DNA from: an uncultured Planctomycetia bacterium
GTDB lineage: Bacteria; Omnitrophota; Gorgyraeia; Duberdicusellales; 4484-171
Length of the DNA: 64,000 nucleotides
Direction of reading: 5' to 3'
NCBI GenBank assembly: GCA_964483625.1
Contig: CAZABB010000001.1
Location: 67,222 to 131,221 of the forward strand
In this document: in pieces, positions 49,176 to 58,349 of the stretch
Layout of the letters: every line of letters begins with the position of its first letter
Numbering within the stretch: position 1 is the stretch's first letter
Translations under genes and position numbers: made by a program
The notes under the pieces: model-generated
What the model saw: only the letters and a program-made list of their open reading frames with translations
What the model was told of the DNA's origin: nothing
Databases searched by the model: none

Positions 49176-50312
49176 TTACGCCAAAGAGATTACCATCTTC
49201 TTAAATCTGCCGAATATATACCGGGCGTCGAACGGACCGGGCCCGGCCTCCGGATGAAACTGTACACTGAAGATCGGCAGTTTCTTATGTTTTAAACCTT
49301 CCAGAGTATTGTCATATAAATTCACGTGTGTAGGAATAAGATCGTTTTCGGGAATCGTATATTCGGGAACGATAAAATTATGGTTTTGAGAAGTAATATC
49401 TATCCTCCCGGTTTCCAGATCCTTTACCGGATGATTCCCGCCATGATGCCCGAATTTCAACTTTTCCGCCCGCCCGCCGAAGGCAAGGCCGATAATCTGA
49501 TGCCCCAGACAGATCCCCGCCAAGGCCATATTATTGAGTTCTTTGCGCTTCATTTTCTGAATGATTTCCCTGGCCACTTCTATCACATACCGTACCGGCT
49601 CAGGATCTCCCGGGCCGTTGGAAATAAGAATACCGTCTGGTTTAAGCTTAAGGATTTCCCGCAAGGATGTCGCGGCCGGGACAACAATCACCCGCTGAAA
49701 TTCCTCTTTTAAGTTTCTTAAAATATTGAGTTTGACCCCGCAATCGATGACAACAACGGTTTTTGACTTCTTCCGGATCGGCTCGATCATCCGCGCGGTC
49801 AGATCTTCTTCCCATTGGTAAATATCCGGACAGGTGACCGTCTTGACTAAATCTCTGCCGATGATTGGGGGAGACGCTTTCAGCTTCTCGCGCAGGCGCC
49901 GCATGTTGTATTCACCTGTCGCAATAATTCCTTTCATCGCTCCCTTTTCCCTGAGGCGTTTGGTAATCATCCGTGTGTCGATCTGTTCAATCCCGACGAC
50001 ATTATTTTCACTCAGGTATTCATCCAGGCCGCTTTGAGCCTGCCAGTTTGACGTAATACGGCTTCGTTCTTTCACAATAAATCCCTCTACCTGTACCTGA
50101 GCCGATTCGGTATCCTGAGCGTTAATCCCGTAGTTACCGATCAACGGATATGTCATGCAGACAATCTGTCCCCGATAGGAAGGATCGGTAAGGATTTCCT
50201 GATATCCGACCATCGCCGTATTAAAAACAACTTCCCCGATCGTTTCCTGCTTGGCGCCGAAGGCGCTTCCCTCCAGACGCAATCCATCTTCCAAAAGAAG
50301 AACTGCCTTCAT
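49176..50312 (-). CDS. carA: Carbamoyl-phosphate synthase small subunit
   Basis: [36 protein letters not shown]. Confidence 0.99.
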   Translation of the reverse strand: MKAVLLLEDGLRLEGSAFGAKQETIGEVVFNTAMVGYQEILTDPSYRGQIVCMTYPLIGNYGINAQDTESAQVQVEGFIVKERSRITSNWQAQSGLDEYLSENNVVGIEQIDTRMITKRLREKGAMKGIIATGEYNMRRLREKLKASPPIIGRDLVKTVTCPDIYQWEEDLTARMIEPIRKKSKTVVVIDCGVKLNILRNLKEEFQRVIVVPAATSLREILKLKPDGILISNGPGDPEPVRYVIEVAREIIQKMKRKELNNMALAGICLGHQIIGLAFGGRAEKLKFGHHGGNHPVKDLETGRIDITSQNHNFIVPEYTIPENDLIPTHVNLYDNTLEGLKHKKLPIFSVQFHPEAGPGPFDARYIFGRFKKMVISLA

Positions 50313-50313
50313 T

Positions 50314-50760
50314 TCAAGCTCCTATCTTTTCCTTGATATATCTAATAGCTTCCTGCGGAGTATGTACTTTATGTACCCCGGGGATATCCCACGTGTCAAT
50401 ACCGACAACCGGTTTCTCTTCGTTACAGGCAAAGGCAATTTCCGAAAGCGTCCCGTATTTCCCGTTAAGAGCTATCAAAGCCTGGGATGCCCGTACCACC
50501 AGAATATTACGGGCGTAACCGAGCCCGGTAGGTATTTTTACCGCAAGATATCGATTGGCCGAACTCTCATCCGATGTCGGCAGTATTCCCACGGTACATC
50601 CTCCCGCCGCCGCAGCGCCCCGGCAAACCGCTTCCATCACGCCGCCTCCCCCGCCGCACACCAGGATCCACTGCTGGGCCGCAATGAGTTTTCCCACTTC
50701 CTGGGCAATCTCATAGGTCTTCTCTGTACACTCGCATCCGCCGATTACACCGATATTCAT
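50314..50760 (-). CDS. TIGR00725 / LOG-family Rossmann-fold protein
   Basis: IGVIGG, CGG..GVMEA, VGILP, TGLGYARN, YGTLSEIA. Confidence 0.88.
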   Translation of the reverse strand: MNIGVIGGCECTEKTYEIAQEVGKLIAAQQWILVCGGGGGVMEAVCRGAAAAGGCTVGILPTSDESSANRYLAVKIPTGLGYARNILVVRASQALIALNGKYGTLSEIAFACNEEKPVVGIDTWDIPGVHKVHTPQEAIRYIKEKIGA

Positions 50761-50765
50761 AACCA

Positions 50766-50869
50766 CGTCGCACGGCACATAGACACATAGTCACACGTAT
50801 CTAATGAACCTCTCTTCCTCATGTATTTGCCAAAATCACATGTGTTCTTGTGACATGTGACTTGTGACT
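50766..50869. repeat. Two facing blocks of ~7-bp imperfect repeats (GTCACA-like and TGTGAC-like)
   Basis: gtcgcac ggcacat agacacat agtcacac ... tgtgttct tgtgaca tgtgact tgtgact. Confidence 0.55.
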
Positions 50870-50875
50870 TCAATA

Positions 50876-50947
50876 TGTCCCCGGGCAGAATCGAACTGCC
50901 ATTCCAGGCTCCGGAGGCCTGTGCCTTATCCGTTAGGCCACAGGGAC
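50876..50947 (-). tRNA. tRNA-Arg(CCG); CCA not encoded
   Basis: Cloverleaf: acceptor GTCCCTG/CGGGGAC, D-stem GCCT/AGGC, anticodon stem CAGGC/GCCTG with loop CT-CCG-GA, T-arm GGCAG-TTCGATT-CTGCC. Confidence 0.97.
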
Positions 50948-50957
50948 AAAATAAATA

Positions 50958-51063
50958 CAGTCGATAGTCGTCCGTCGATAGTCGATCGTGTTCATTGCGA
51001 TACCCGGCACCCTGTACCCGATACCCGTAAAAATAACTATAGACCGTAGACTAAAGACTAGAT
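50958..51063. repeat. Three consecutive blocks of four imperfect heptamers, each with a different unit
   Basis: cagtcga-tagtcgt-ccgtcga-tagtcga (50958-50985); atacccg-gcaccct-gtacccg-atacccg (51000-51027); actatag-accgtag-actaaag-actagat (51036-51063). Confidence 0.75.
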
Positions 51064-51068
51064 ACTTT

Positions 51069-52301
51069 TCAAAACAGCGTCATTTGCGATTTCTCGGATT
51101 TTTTTTCTTTATCAAAAATCTTAATCGTTCCGTACTCCCCATCGAACCCGGGTTCGATATGGACCTGCTTCTGCCGAACCCGGCGGATCCCTTCCACGAT
51201 CTTGGTATCCATCGCCGAGGAGAACTCTTCTGCAGGAACATTGACGAGGATATTGAATTCCGAGCCGAATTCCTGTACTAATTGCAAATACTCTTTTTCA
51301 ACCGCTTTACTGGTCCGGCTTACGCCCTTGGCTTCACCGATAATCTCATCAAGCGGAATTAAGCTCTTATACGCAATCCCCGAAGGAGGGACATATCCCA
51401 TCTCCCGATCGGCTAATTCATCGACCCGGGAAAGAACACCCCGGGTCAATTGCTTGCGACACACCGGACAAACGTTTCGATGCTGTCGGGTCTGATGAGG
51501 ATCAAACCGGATCTGACAGTTACGATGCCCGTCATAATGGTATTTACCTTCCTCGGGAAAGAATTCGACCGTATACAGAAATTTACTTTTATCCTTTTTC
51601 TTCAAGGCATTGCGTATTTCCCAGTAGTTTACCTCACAGTCAAAAACATTCGCCTCTCTTCCGATGCGTTGCGGCGAATGAGAATCGGAATTCGAGATAA
51701 GACTGAACTCATCCAGTTTCGATAGCCGCCAGTTCATTGCCGGATCACTGGACAACCCCGTTTCCAGAGCCGCAATGGTGCCGGTATATTTGCCGAAGGC
51801 TTCCTCCAGAAAGTTAAATCCCGATTTCGAACCGAACACACTGAACCAGGGAGTCCAGATATGGGCGGGAACGAGCATAATATCTTCGGATATCTTTGCC
51901 AGTTCCGCCGCAAGAGTCCGGCAGCTCATCCCCAGAATAGGCCTCCCGTCGGAAGCAAGGTTCCCGTAATGACTCAAACAGCGGTTCACCTCCCGCGCCA
52001 GAGCCAGGGAAGGAACCATAATAATATTATGTACCCGGTATCCTTTCCCGTTCTGGGAGTAGATATTCGATATTTCTCCCGAAAGGATAAAAGAAACCCC
52101 GTCGCCAACTAATATGCCGTTTTTTTCATCGGCTTGGAGAGCCTGCTGTATCTCCTGCAGCCAGAGATGATGCGTAAAATCGCCCGTACCTAAAAGCTGG
52201 ATACCTTTATACTTCGCCCAGCGGGTCAGTTCCGGGACACTCATATTCTTGGATGTCGCCCGGGAATATTTCGAATGGATATGGAAATCTGCTACGAACA
52301 T
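51069..52301 (-). CDS. Endonuclease Q family (PHP domain) protein
   Basis: ADFHIHSKYSRATS, GTGDFTH, PAHIWTPWFS, ETGLSSD, SNSDSHS, GKYHYDGH, PGFDGEYG. Confidence 0.92.
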   Translation of the reverse strand: MFVADFHIHSKYSRATSKNMSVPELTRWAKYKGIQLLGTGDFTHHLWLQEIQQALQADEKNGILVGDGVSFILSGEISNIYSQNGKGYRVHNIIMVPSLALAREVNRCLSHYGNLASDGRPILGMSCRTLAAELAKISEDIMLVPAHIWTPWFSVFGSKSGFNFLEEAFGKYTGTIAALETGLSSDPAMNWRLSKLDEFSLISNSDSHSPQRIGREANVFDCEVNYWEIRNALKKKDKSKFLYTVEFFPEEGKYHYDGHRNCQIRFDPHQTRQHRNVCPVCRKQLTRGVLSRVDELADREMGYVPPSGIAYKSLIPLDEIIGEAKGVSRTSKAVEKEYLQLVQEFGSEFNILVNVPAEEFSSAMDTKIVEGIRRVRQKQVHIEPGFDGEYGTIKIFDKEKKSEKSQMTLF

Positions 52302-52428
52302 CGCGTCTTTCTCATATTTTAAGACAGAAACAGACCCAACATAACCCTGCTTTTAAGAGATTTTATTATACTGCAATATTTATTTATTACTATATAAAAC
52401 ATAGCTTTCGGAAAGGCTCGCTTTTTCG

Positions 52429-53706
52429 TTAGGTCTGGCGATAGACAACCTTACCTTTATGAATCGTATACAACACTTTACCCTGAACGTCTTCTTCCCG
52501 AAAAGGAGTATTGGCCGATTTCGATATGATAGCTTCGACCGCGATTCGCCACGATGTCTCGAGATCGACGACAACCAGATCGGCACGAGAACCTTCAATG
52601 AGATACCCCCTTCCGGCAAGCCCCATGATCCGGGCAGGATTGAAGCACATTTTTTCAACAAGCTGCGGCAATGTCAGTATGTTTTTTTTCACCAAATGCG
52701 TATAGCCTAAAGAGAAGGCCCATTCCAGCCCGATAAACCCGCAGGGAGCCTCTTCAAAGGGGAGATTTTTTTCTTCCTGAGAATGAGGCGCGTGATCGGT
52801 CGCAATACAGTCAATCACTCCGGTTTTTAATCCCTGACGTACCGCCTCAATATCCCGGTCATCTCCCAGAGGAGGATTCACCTTCCAATTCCCGTGAAAA
52901 TTGTTACGTTCGACGTCGCCCTCGGTTAAAGAAAAATAATGCGGGGCGGTTTCACAGGTTACCCGGATGCCGTCCTGTTTAGCCCGGGCGATAATGTCAA
53001 TGCTCTGCCGGGTACTGATGTGCGCCAGATGGATCCGGGTATTGAGATACCGGGCCAGTTCGATATCCCGAAACACGACAAGGCTTTCGCTCAACGGACA
53101 GATTCCAGCCATCCCGTATTGAGAAGAAATAACTCCTTCACGCATCACGCCCGGTCCGGATAACGCGGCATCTTCGCAATGAGAGACCAGAAGCAAATCA
53201 AACATCTTTGCGTACTCCAGGGCTCGCCGCAACAGAGAGGTAGTTCCAACCGAATCGCCATCATCACTTAAGGCCCGGCACCCTGCTTTTTTAAGACTGC
53301 CGAATTCGGTGAGCTCTCTCCCCTTACGCCCTTTACTTATCGCTCCCACCGGAAAAATATCAATCAGTCCTTGTTGTTGAGACTGTTCAATGATCCATCG
53401 GATGAGCCCTTCATTATCCAGCGCGGGATCGGTATTTGGCATACAAAAGATGGTAGTGAATCCTCCTTTAGCCGCCGCGGCCGAACCGGAGGAAAGATCT
53501 TCCTCATCTTCCCGCCCGGGAGTTCTCAGGTGGGTATGCAGATCAATAAACCCGGGGAGAACATATTTACCCGCGGCATCAATCTCTTCATCGACGGGAC
53601 CGTTAATCTTCCCGATCTTTATGATGCGGCCGGCCTCGATAAGGATATCACCGGATATTTCTGCGTCATGGTTAACAATACGCCCGTTTCTAATCGCTAA
53701 TTTCAT
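52429..53706 (-). CDS. pyrC: Dihydroorotase
   Basis: DLHTHLRTPG, AAKGGFT, MPNT, HCED, KVNPPL, IATDHAPH. Confidence 0.97.
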   Translation of the reverse strand: MKLAIRNGRIVNHDAEISGDILIEAGRIIKIGKINGPVDEEIDAAGKYVLPGFIDLHTHLRTPGREDEEDLSSGSAAAAKGGFTTIFCMPNTDPALDNEGLIRWIIEQSQQQGLIDIFPVGAISKGRKGRELTEFGSLKKAGCRALSDDGDSVGTTSLLRRALEYAKMFDLLLVSHCEDAALSGPGVMREGVISSQYGMAGICPLSESLVVFRDIELARYLNTRIHLAHISTRQSIDIIARAKQDGIRVTCETAPHYFSLTEGDVERNNFHGNWKVNPPLGDDRDIEAVRQGLKTGVIDCIATDHAPHSQEEKNLPFEEAPCGFIGLEWAFSLGYTHLVKKNILTLPQLVEKMCFNPARIMGLAGRGYLIEGSRADLVVVDLETSWRIAVEAIISKSANTPFREEDVQGKVLYTIHKGKVVYRQT

Positions 53707-54634
53707 ATTCTCGTTTCCTTGTTCCTACCAGGTATAATACCGCCATACGGATCGCCAACCCATTTTCCACCTGCTTAAGAATCAGAGGATGAAGCCTTTC
53801 TTTCAAACACGAAGAAATTTCGACATCCCAATTAATCGGACCGGGGTGGAGAATAAGACAATCTTTCTTTATGTTCTTCAACCGGGATGCATTGAGAGAA
53901 AAATTTTCCACATACTCCCGGATACTGGGGAAGAACGAATGCACCTGCCGTTCTTTCTGAATCCGTAACATGATAATGACGTCGGCATCCGGCAGCGCTT
54001 CATTCAGGTCATAATAAACCTTTACGCCGATTTGAGAGAACTCATACGGGATCAAAGTAGGCGGAGCACAGACGCTTACCTGAGCGCCAAACTGCTGAAA
54101 GCCGAAGATGTTGGACCGGGCCACACGCGAATGCATGATATCCCCGACAATGAGAATATGCAACCCCTCCAGCATACCCTTGGCCTGATGTACGGTGAAC
54201 ATATCGAGCAAAGCCTGCGTAGGGTGCTCATTCGAACCGTCACCGGCGTTGACGATGCTGGCGGAGGTATACCGGGAAAGATTGGGCAGAATATGTGAAT
54301 ATCCTATGCGGATCACAAAAATATCGGGATGGTATGATTCCAGGTTTTTAATCGTGTCGATGATCGTCTCCCCCTTATTCAAGCTGCTCATCGAAGCGGA
54401 GAAATTCAGCACATCGGCACTGAGACGTTTTCCGGCCAGCTCAAAGGAGATTTTCGTACGGGTCGAATTTTCGAAGAAAAGGTTCACGATCGTTTTCCCC
54501 CGCAGGGCGGGAGCTTTCTTGACTTGACGATGCGAGAGCTCTTTAAATGCCCCGGCCAGCCGGAAGATAGTCTCCATTTCCTCCCGGCTCAACTCCTTAA
54601 TCCCCAAGATATGCTTTTTTTGCCAGGCTTCCAT
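53690..54634 (-). CDS. pyrB: Aspartate carbamoyltransferase catalytic subunit
   Basis: FFENSTRT, NAGDG..EHPTQALLD, HSRVARS, RIQKER, HPGP. Confidence 0.98.
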   Translation of the reverse strand: MEAWQKKHILGIKELSREEMETIFRLAGAFKELSHRQVKKAPALRGKTIVNLFFENSTRTKISFELAGKRLSADVLNFSASMSSLNKGETIIDTIKNLESYHPDIFVIRIGYSHILPNLSRYTSASIVNAGDGSNEHPTQALLDMFTVHQAKGMLEGLHILIVGDIMHSRVARSNIFGFQQFGAQVSVCAPPTLIPYEFSQIGVKVYYDLNEALPDADVIIMLRIQKERQVHSFFPSIREYVENFSLNASRLKNIKKDCLILHPGPINWDVEISSCLKERLHPLILKQVENGLAIRMAVLYLVGTRKREYEISD

Positions 54635-55186
54635 TTAGTCTTTTTTCTCCAAAACTACCGCTTCTTCGGTTCCATCAACCTCGACCAGACGAATCTCGAC
54701 CATTTCTTTCTTCGCCGTGGGAATATTCTTGCCGACGAAATCGGCCCGGATCGGTAACTCACGATGACCGCGGTCAATCAAAACCAGGAGCTCAATGCGC
54801 CGCGGCCGGCCGAAATCCATAATTTCATCCAAAGCGGCCCGGATTGTTCTTCCGGTAAATAACACATCATCAATAAGTACGACGATTTTATCCTTGAGGT
54901 CGAACGGAATGTTTGTTTCTTTTACCAGAGGCAGTTCACTGATAGTCGTCAGATCGTCCCGGTATAACGTAATATCGAGTATCCCCAACGGAACCTCTAT
55001 TCCTTCCAATTCCCTGACGATATTCTGCAGGCGGCGGGCAATATGCACGCCCCGGGTCTGGATGCCAACAAATACCAGCTTGCGGGCATCGGTATTCTTT
55101 TCCAGAACCTGATGCGCCAGACGTAACAGGATACGTTTAATATCGGCGGCTGAGAGAATCTTTGTTTTCTCCCGATAGGTATCCAT
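54635..55186 (-). CDS. pyrR: Pyrimidine operon regulator / uracil phosphoribosyltransferase
   Basis: DITLYRDDL, DDVLFTGRTIRAALD, DRGHRELPIRADFVGKN. Confidence 0.98.
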   Translation of the reverse strand: MDTYREKTKILSAADIKRILLRLAHQVLEKNTDARKLVFVGIQTRGVHIARRLQNIVRELEGIEVPLGILDITLYRDDLTTISELPLVKETNIPFDLKDKIVVLIDDVLFTGRTIRAALDEIMDFGRPRRIELLVLIDRGHRELPIRADFVGKNIPTAKKEMVEIRLVEVDGTEEAVVLEKKD

Positions 55187-55210
55187 ACCCCTCCTTTTTA
55201 TACGGCGAAT

Positions 55211-55243
55211 AAAAAGAAAAAACCCACCGGATCAGTGGGTTTC
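55211..55243 (-). terminator. Intrinsic attenuator terminator in the pyrR leader
   Basis: AAACCCAC-TGATCCG-GTGGGTTT followed by a U-rich tract on the minus strand. Confidence 0.85.
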
Positions 55244-55278
55244 TTGTTGTCTCAGCAATGATTTCCTTCATATACACT

Positions 55279-55309
55279 CCTTGCCAGCCTCACTGGACCA
55301 GCTTAAAGG
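55279..55309 (-). promoter_or_regulatory. PyrR binding loop (cis-regulatory RNA)
   Basis: CCTTTAAGCTGGTCCAGTGAGGCTGGCAAGG matches the PyrR-site consensus (CCUUUAA...RGUCCNGNGAGGYU...AAGG) and lies directly upstream of pyrR. Confidence 0.9.
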
Positions 55310-55316
55310 TTATTTG

Positions 55317-55345
55317 AGTATAACTTATACTGCGGGCTTTGTCAA
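55317..55345 (-). promoter_or_regulatory. Sigma70 promoter of the pyr operon
   Basis: TTGACA-17 nt-TATACT, ending 7 nt before the PyrR loop. Confidence 0.85.
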
Positions 55346-55629
55346 TACTTCCTTTTAAGGAGCTGTCGAGAGGAAAATCCGGCTCCCTCTGGGGACTTAA
55401 CCCTATCTCAATCTCCTTATTGACAACCTGCGAGGTTGGAATGAAGCGGTAAGTCTATTATTATAGGGAAAAACAAAATATCCTTTGGCAGTTGTAGCGA
55501 TTCCGGGAACTGCCAGAGAGAAGCAAAGGGGAATTTGCCCGTCTCTTTCTTCCTATATGTTACAAAAGAGGCCAGACCTAAAATGTAACATTTGGCCGTT
55601 TGGCAATCCCGGAGGTTATTACGGTGTAA

Positions 55630-56769
55630 TTACTTTCTTTCCAGAAAGGTTAAACACTCGACATGCGGGGTATGAGGAAAGAAGTCGAAGGGCTCGACAA
55701 ATTGGACTCGATATGATTCGCTTAAATCTTTCAGGTCATCACATAAACTCTGAGGGTTGCAGGATGAATAGAAAATACGGGGAGGCTTAAGCCTTAGAAC
55801 TTTACGTTTGATCTTTTTTGACAGCCCGCACCGCGGTGGATTTAAGACCATAATATCAATCCCGGAGATATCACAGTCGCCCAAAAACCGACGCACATCG
55901 GTACAGATAAACGAGATGTTATCGATATTGTTGATCTCGGCGTTCACTTTGGCGTTTTCAACGATTTCCTGCTTTAATTCGACTCCCCAGACATACTGGA
56001 CATCCCGGGCTAAAAACAGTCCGATAGAGCCGACGCCGCAATATAAATCAAGAATCTTCTCGGTGCCGTTTAAGCCGGCATAGTGTCGTATCTTTTCATA
56101 CAGAATCTTGATCCCCTGAGGGTTGACCTGAAAAAAAGAATCGATATATATGCGAAAATCCAGATCCCCCAGCCGCTCGGTAATAAAAGATTCCCCGGCC
56201 AAGAGTTCCTTCTTTTGAAATGTTACCGCATCTCCCAGCGAATCATTCGTAATCCAGTATAAAGAATTGATCTGAACATCGTTATCCAGAGCACTCAGCA
56301 TCTTCCGCAACCCCTCACTATCAAGTTCTCCCTGGCTTGAAGTCACAAGCCCCAGCATAAGCTGGTTGGTAAAATGCGTCCGGCGGACGATAAGATGACG
56401 CAAAAACCCTTGGTGACTGAATTTATCGTACGCTTTCTGGCCGGCGAGGGAAATACGCAGGCAATCAAGCAGCATCCCCGTATGGGGAGAAAAGATCAGG
56501 CATTCGGTGGCATTGAACACCTTCCGCTTCTGAGTTTTAAGATGCAGACCGCACACCAGATCCCCGGACTCATCATGAGAAAACGTAAACTCCATCTTGT
56601 TCCGGTAATACCACGGCTCGAAATGATTGATTTCTTTCAGCTCGGTATCAATACCCGCTTCATCCAAAAACGCCCGGATTTTCTTTTGCTTATCGGCCAG
56701 CTGCTGGGAATAGGAAACATCCTGGAACCGACAGCCGCCGCATGAGGGGAAATGCTTGCAGATATTCAT
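55630..56769 (-). CDS. rlmD: 23S rRNA (uracil-5-)-methyltransferase, RlmD/TrmA family
   Basis: CKHF..CGGC, YRNKMEF, SFFQVN, DLYCGVG, NPPR, YSSCNP, DFFPHTPHVE. Confidence 0.93.
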   Translation of the reverse strand: MNICKHFPSCGGCRFQDVSYSQQLADKQKKIRAFLDEAGIDTELKEINHFEPWYYRNKMEFTFSHDESGDLVCGLHLKTQKRKVFNATECLIFSPHTGMLLDCLRISLAGQKAYDKFSHQGFLRHLIVRRTHFTNQLMLGLVTSSQGELDSEGLRKMLSALDNDVQINSLYWITNDSLGDAVTFQKKELLAGESFITERLGDLDFRIYIDSFFQVNPQGIKILYEKIRHYAGLNGTEKILDLYCGVGSIGLFLARDVQYVWGVELKQEIVENAKVNAEINNIDNISFICTDVRRFLGDCDISGIDIMVLNPPRCGLSKKIKRKVLRLKPPRIFYSSCNPQSLCDDLKDLSESYRVQFVEPFDFFPHTPHVECLTFLERK

Positions 56770-57254
56770 GGTTTATCGATCAGCGTTTTTAACGGCCGGC
56801 GCCGGCCGGATTGTACGGTTCGAGCGGGGACACCCAAGGCAATACACCCGAAGAATTCTTTTCGCTTGGGAACTCTCAGCCGCTGCTGGATACGTCCCTT
56901 CTGATTGAGGATCTCGCCCAGCCAGCAGGCTCCCAGTTTCTGCTGGTGAATATACAGCAGCATATTCTGGATACATGCCCCCAGCGCCATCAAATCTTTT
57001 TCGTAGTTATAACTTTTTTCCCTATCCAAAAAAACCAGAATCAGTTTATCGCAGCCTTGAACGATCCGGCTGTAATGGGTGAACTGCGCCAGGGCATCTT
57101 TTTTCTCTTTTTCTAAAACCATAAACCGCCACGGTTGATTGTTCAACCCCGAAGGGGCCCATCGTCCCGCCTCTAAGATGCAACGGATTATGTCCTTTGG
57201 AATGCTCTCTTTCTTAAACTCGCGGACCGAGCGGCGCTGTTTAATTGCGTTCAT
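56766..57254 (-). CDS. Nitroreductase family protein
   Basis: IKQRRSVREF, APSGLNNQPWRF, QNMLL, LGACW. Start set at ATG 57254; the upstream extension is repeat-derived. Confidence 0.9.
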   Translation of the reverse strand: MNAIKQRRSVREFKKESIPKDIIRCILEAGRWAPSGLNNQPWRFMVLEKEKKDALAQFTHYSRIVQGCDKLILVFLDREKSYNYEKDLMALGACIQNMLLYIHQQKLGACWLGEILNQKGRIQQRLRVPKRKEFFGCIALGVPARTVQSGRRRPLKTLIDKP

Positions 57255-57318
57255 AATAATCTTCGCTCCTGCGGCCGATCTGTTTGTGCGGCTTTTTCTT
57301 TTTCGCTGGTTCTTTTCT

Positions 57319-57442
57319 TTTTGACTCTTAGCTTTTGATTTTTGATTTCTTTTTCTCATTTTTGCTTTTTGATCTTTCTTTCCCGTTTCTCTTTTTTACT
57401 ATTTCGTTTTTGATTTTTGATATCTCATTTTTAATTTTTAAC
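57319..57442. repeat. Intergenic tracts of TTTTGAT-like heptamers
   Basis: ttttgac-tcttagc-ttttgat-ttttgat ... ttttgat-ttttgat-atctcat-ttttaat-ttttaac. Confidence 0.65.
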
Positions 57443-58349
57443 AGTACCCCAGCTCCTGCAGAATGCGGGGTTTACTCTGCCAATCCTTCAACACCCGTAC
57501 GTGAAGCTGAAGATACACCTTCTTCTTTAGAATCCCTTCAACCTCCCTGCGGGCGGCTATACCGACGTTCTTAATAAAAGCTCCTTTTTTACCGATAATA
57601 ATCTGCTTCTGGGAATTCCTGTTTACGTAAATCGCCGCGAAAACACAGACAACTTTTTCCTTATCTTCGATCTCCTCAACCTCAACGGCGATTGAATGCG
57701 GCAGTTCCTCAGTCAATGATTCAAAAATCTTCTCCCGGATAATGTCGGCGATCCTCAAAGGCAAAGGGAAATCGGTCGTGGTTTGAGGACCATAGAACGG
57801 CGGCCCCTCCGGGAGCAGAGAGACGATCGCTTCGGTCAACTCGTCAATATTGGTCGCTTTTTGAGCCGAAACCGGGATATAATAGGCAACGGGATCTTCC
57901 CGCTTACCGACGATATCCTTCCACCCTTCTATATAATCATTCACGTATTTCTTCCCCTTATCTATTTTATTTAATACCATAATGATCGGTATCTTCTGTT
58001 TCACCAGGGCCATCATAACTTTTTGTTCCTCCGGGCCCGGGCGCCTGGTGACATCGACAACATAAAGAATGACTTCGGTATCTTCGATACTGCGCCGCGC
58101 CAGGGTATTTAAATGGTTTGCCAGTTTATGCCGGAAGCGATGGATCCCGGGGGTATCGACGAAAACGATCTGCGCTCGTCTTAAGTGCGCGATCCCGCGA
58201 ATCTGATGGCGTGTCGTCTGCGGAATACCAGACACAATGCTGATCTTATTGCCCAAAAACACATTCAGAAGCGTAGACTTACCCACATTGGGCCGGCCGA
58301 TGAGAGCGACAAATCCTGTTCTAAATCCTGCCTGAGGGTTACTGTCCAT
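57438..58349 (-). CDS. era: GTPase Era
   Basis: GRPNVGKSTL, PQTTR, DTPG, NKID, EELPHS, SQKQIIIGKKG. Confidence 0.97.
   Translation of the reverse strand: MDSNPQAGFRTGFVALIGRPNVGKSTLLNVFLGNKISIVSGIPQTTRHQIRGIAHLRRAQIVFVDTPGIHRFRHKLANHLNTLARRSIEDTEVILYVVDVTRRPGPEEQKVMMALVKQKIPIIMVLNKIDKGKKYVNDYIEGWKDIVGKREDPVAYYIPVSAQKATNIDELTEAIVSLLPEGPPFYGPQTTTDFPLPLRIADIIREKIFESLTEELPHSIAVEVEEIEDKEKVVCVFAAIYVNRNSQKQIIIGKKGAFIKNVGIAARREVEGILKKKVYLQLHVRVLKDWQSKPRILQELGYC

Noticed and set aside
50876-50947. tRNA-Arg as an integration site for an island or prophage
   Set aside because: No integrase, no duplicated tRNA 3' end noticed, and housekeeping genes on both sides.
55485-55790. 101-aa plus-strand ORF
   Set aside because: Overlaps rlmD antisense, has a non-ATG start and no motifs.
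57255-57359. Lys-rich N-terminal extension of the nitroreductase
   Set aside because: It derives largely from translating the heptamer repeat tract; the family domain starts at ATG 57254.
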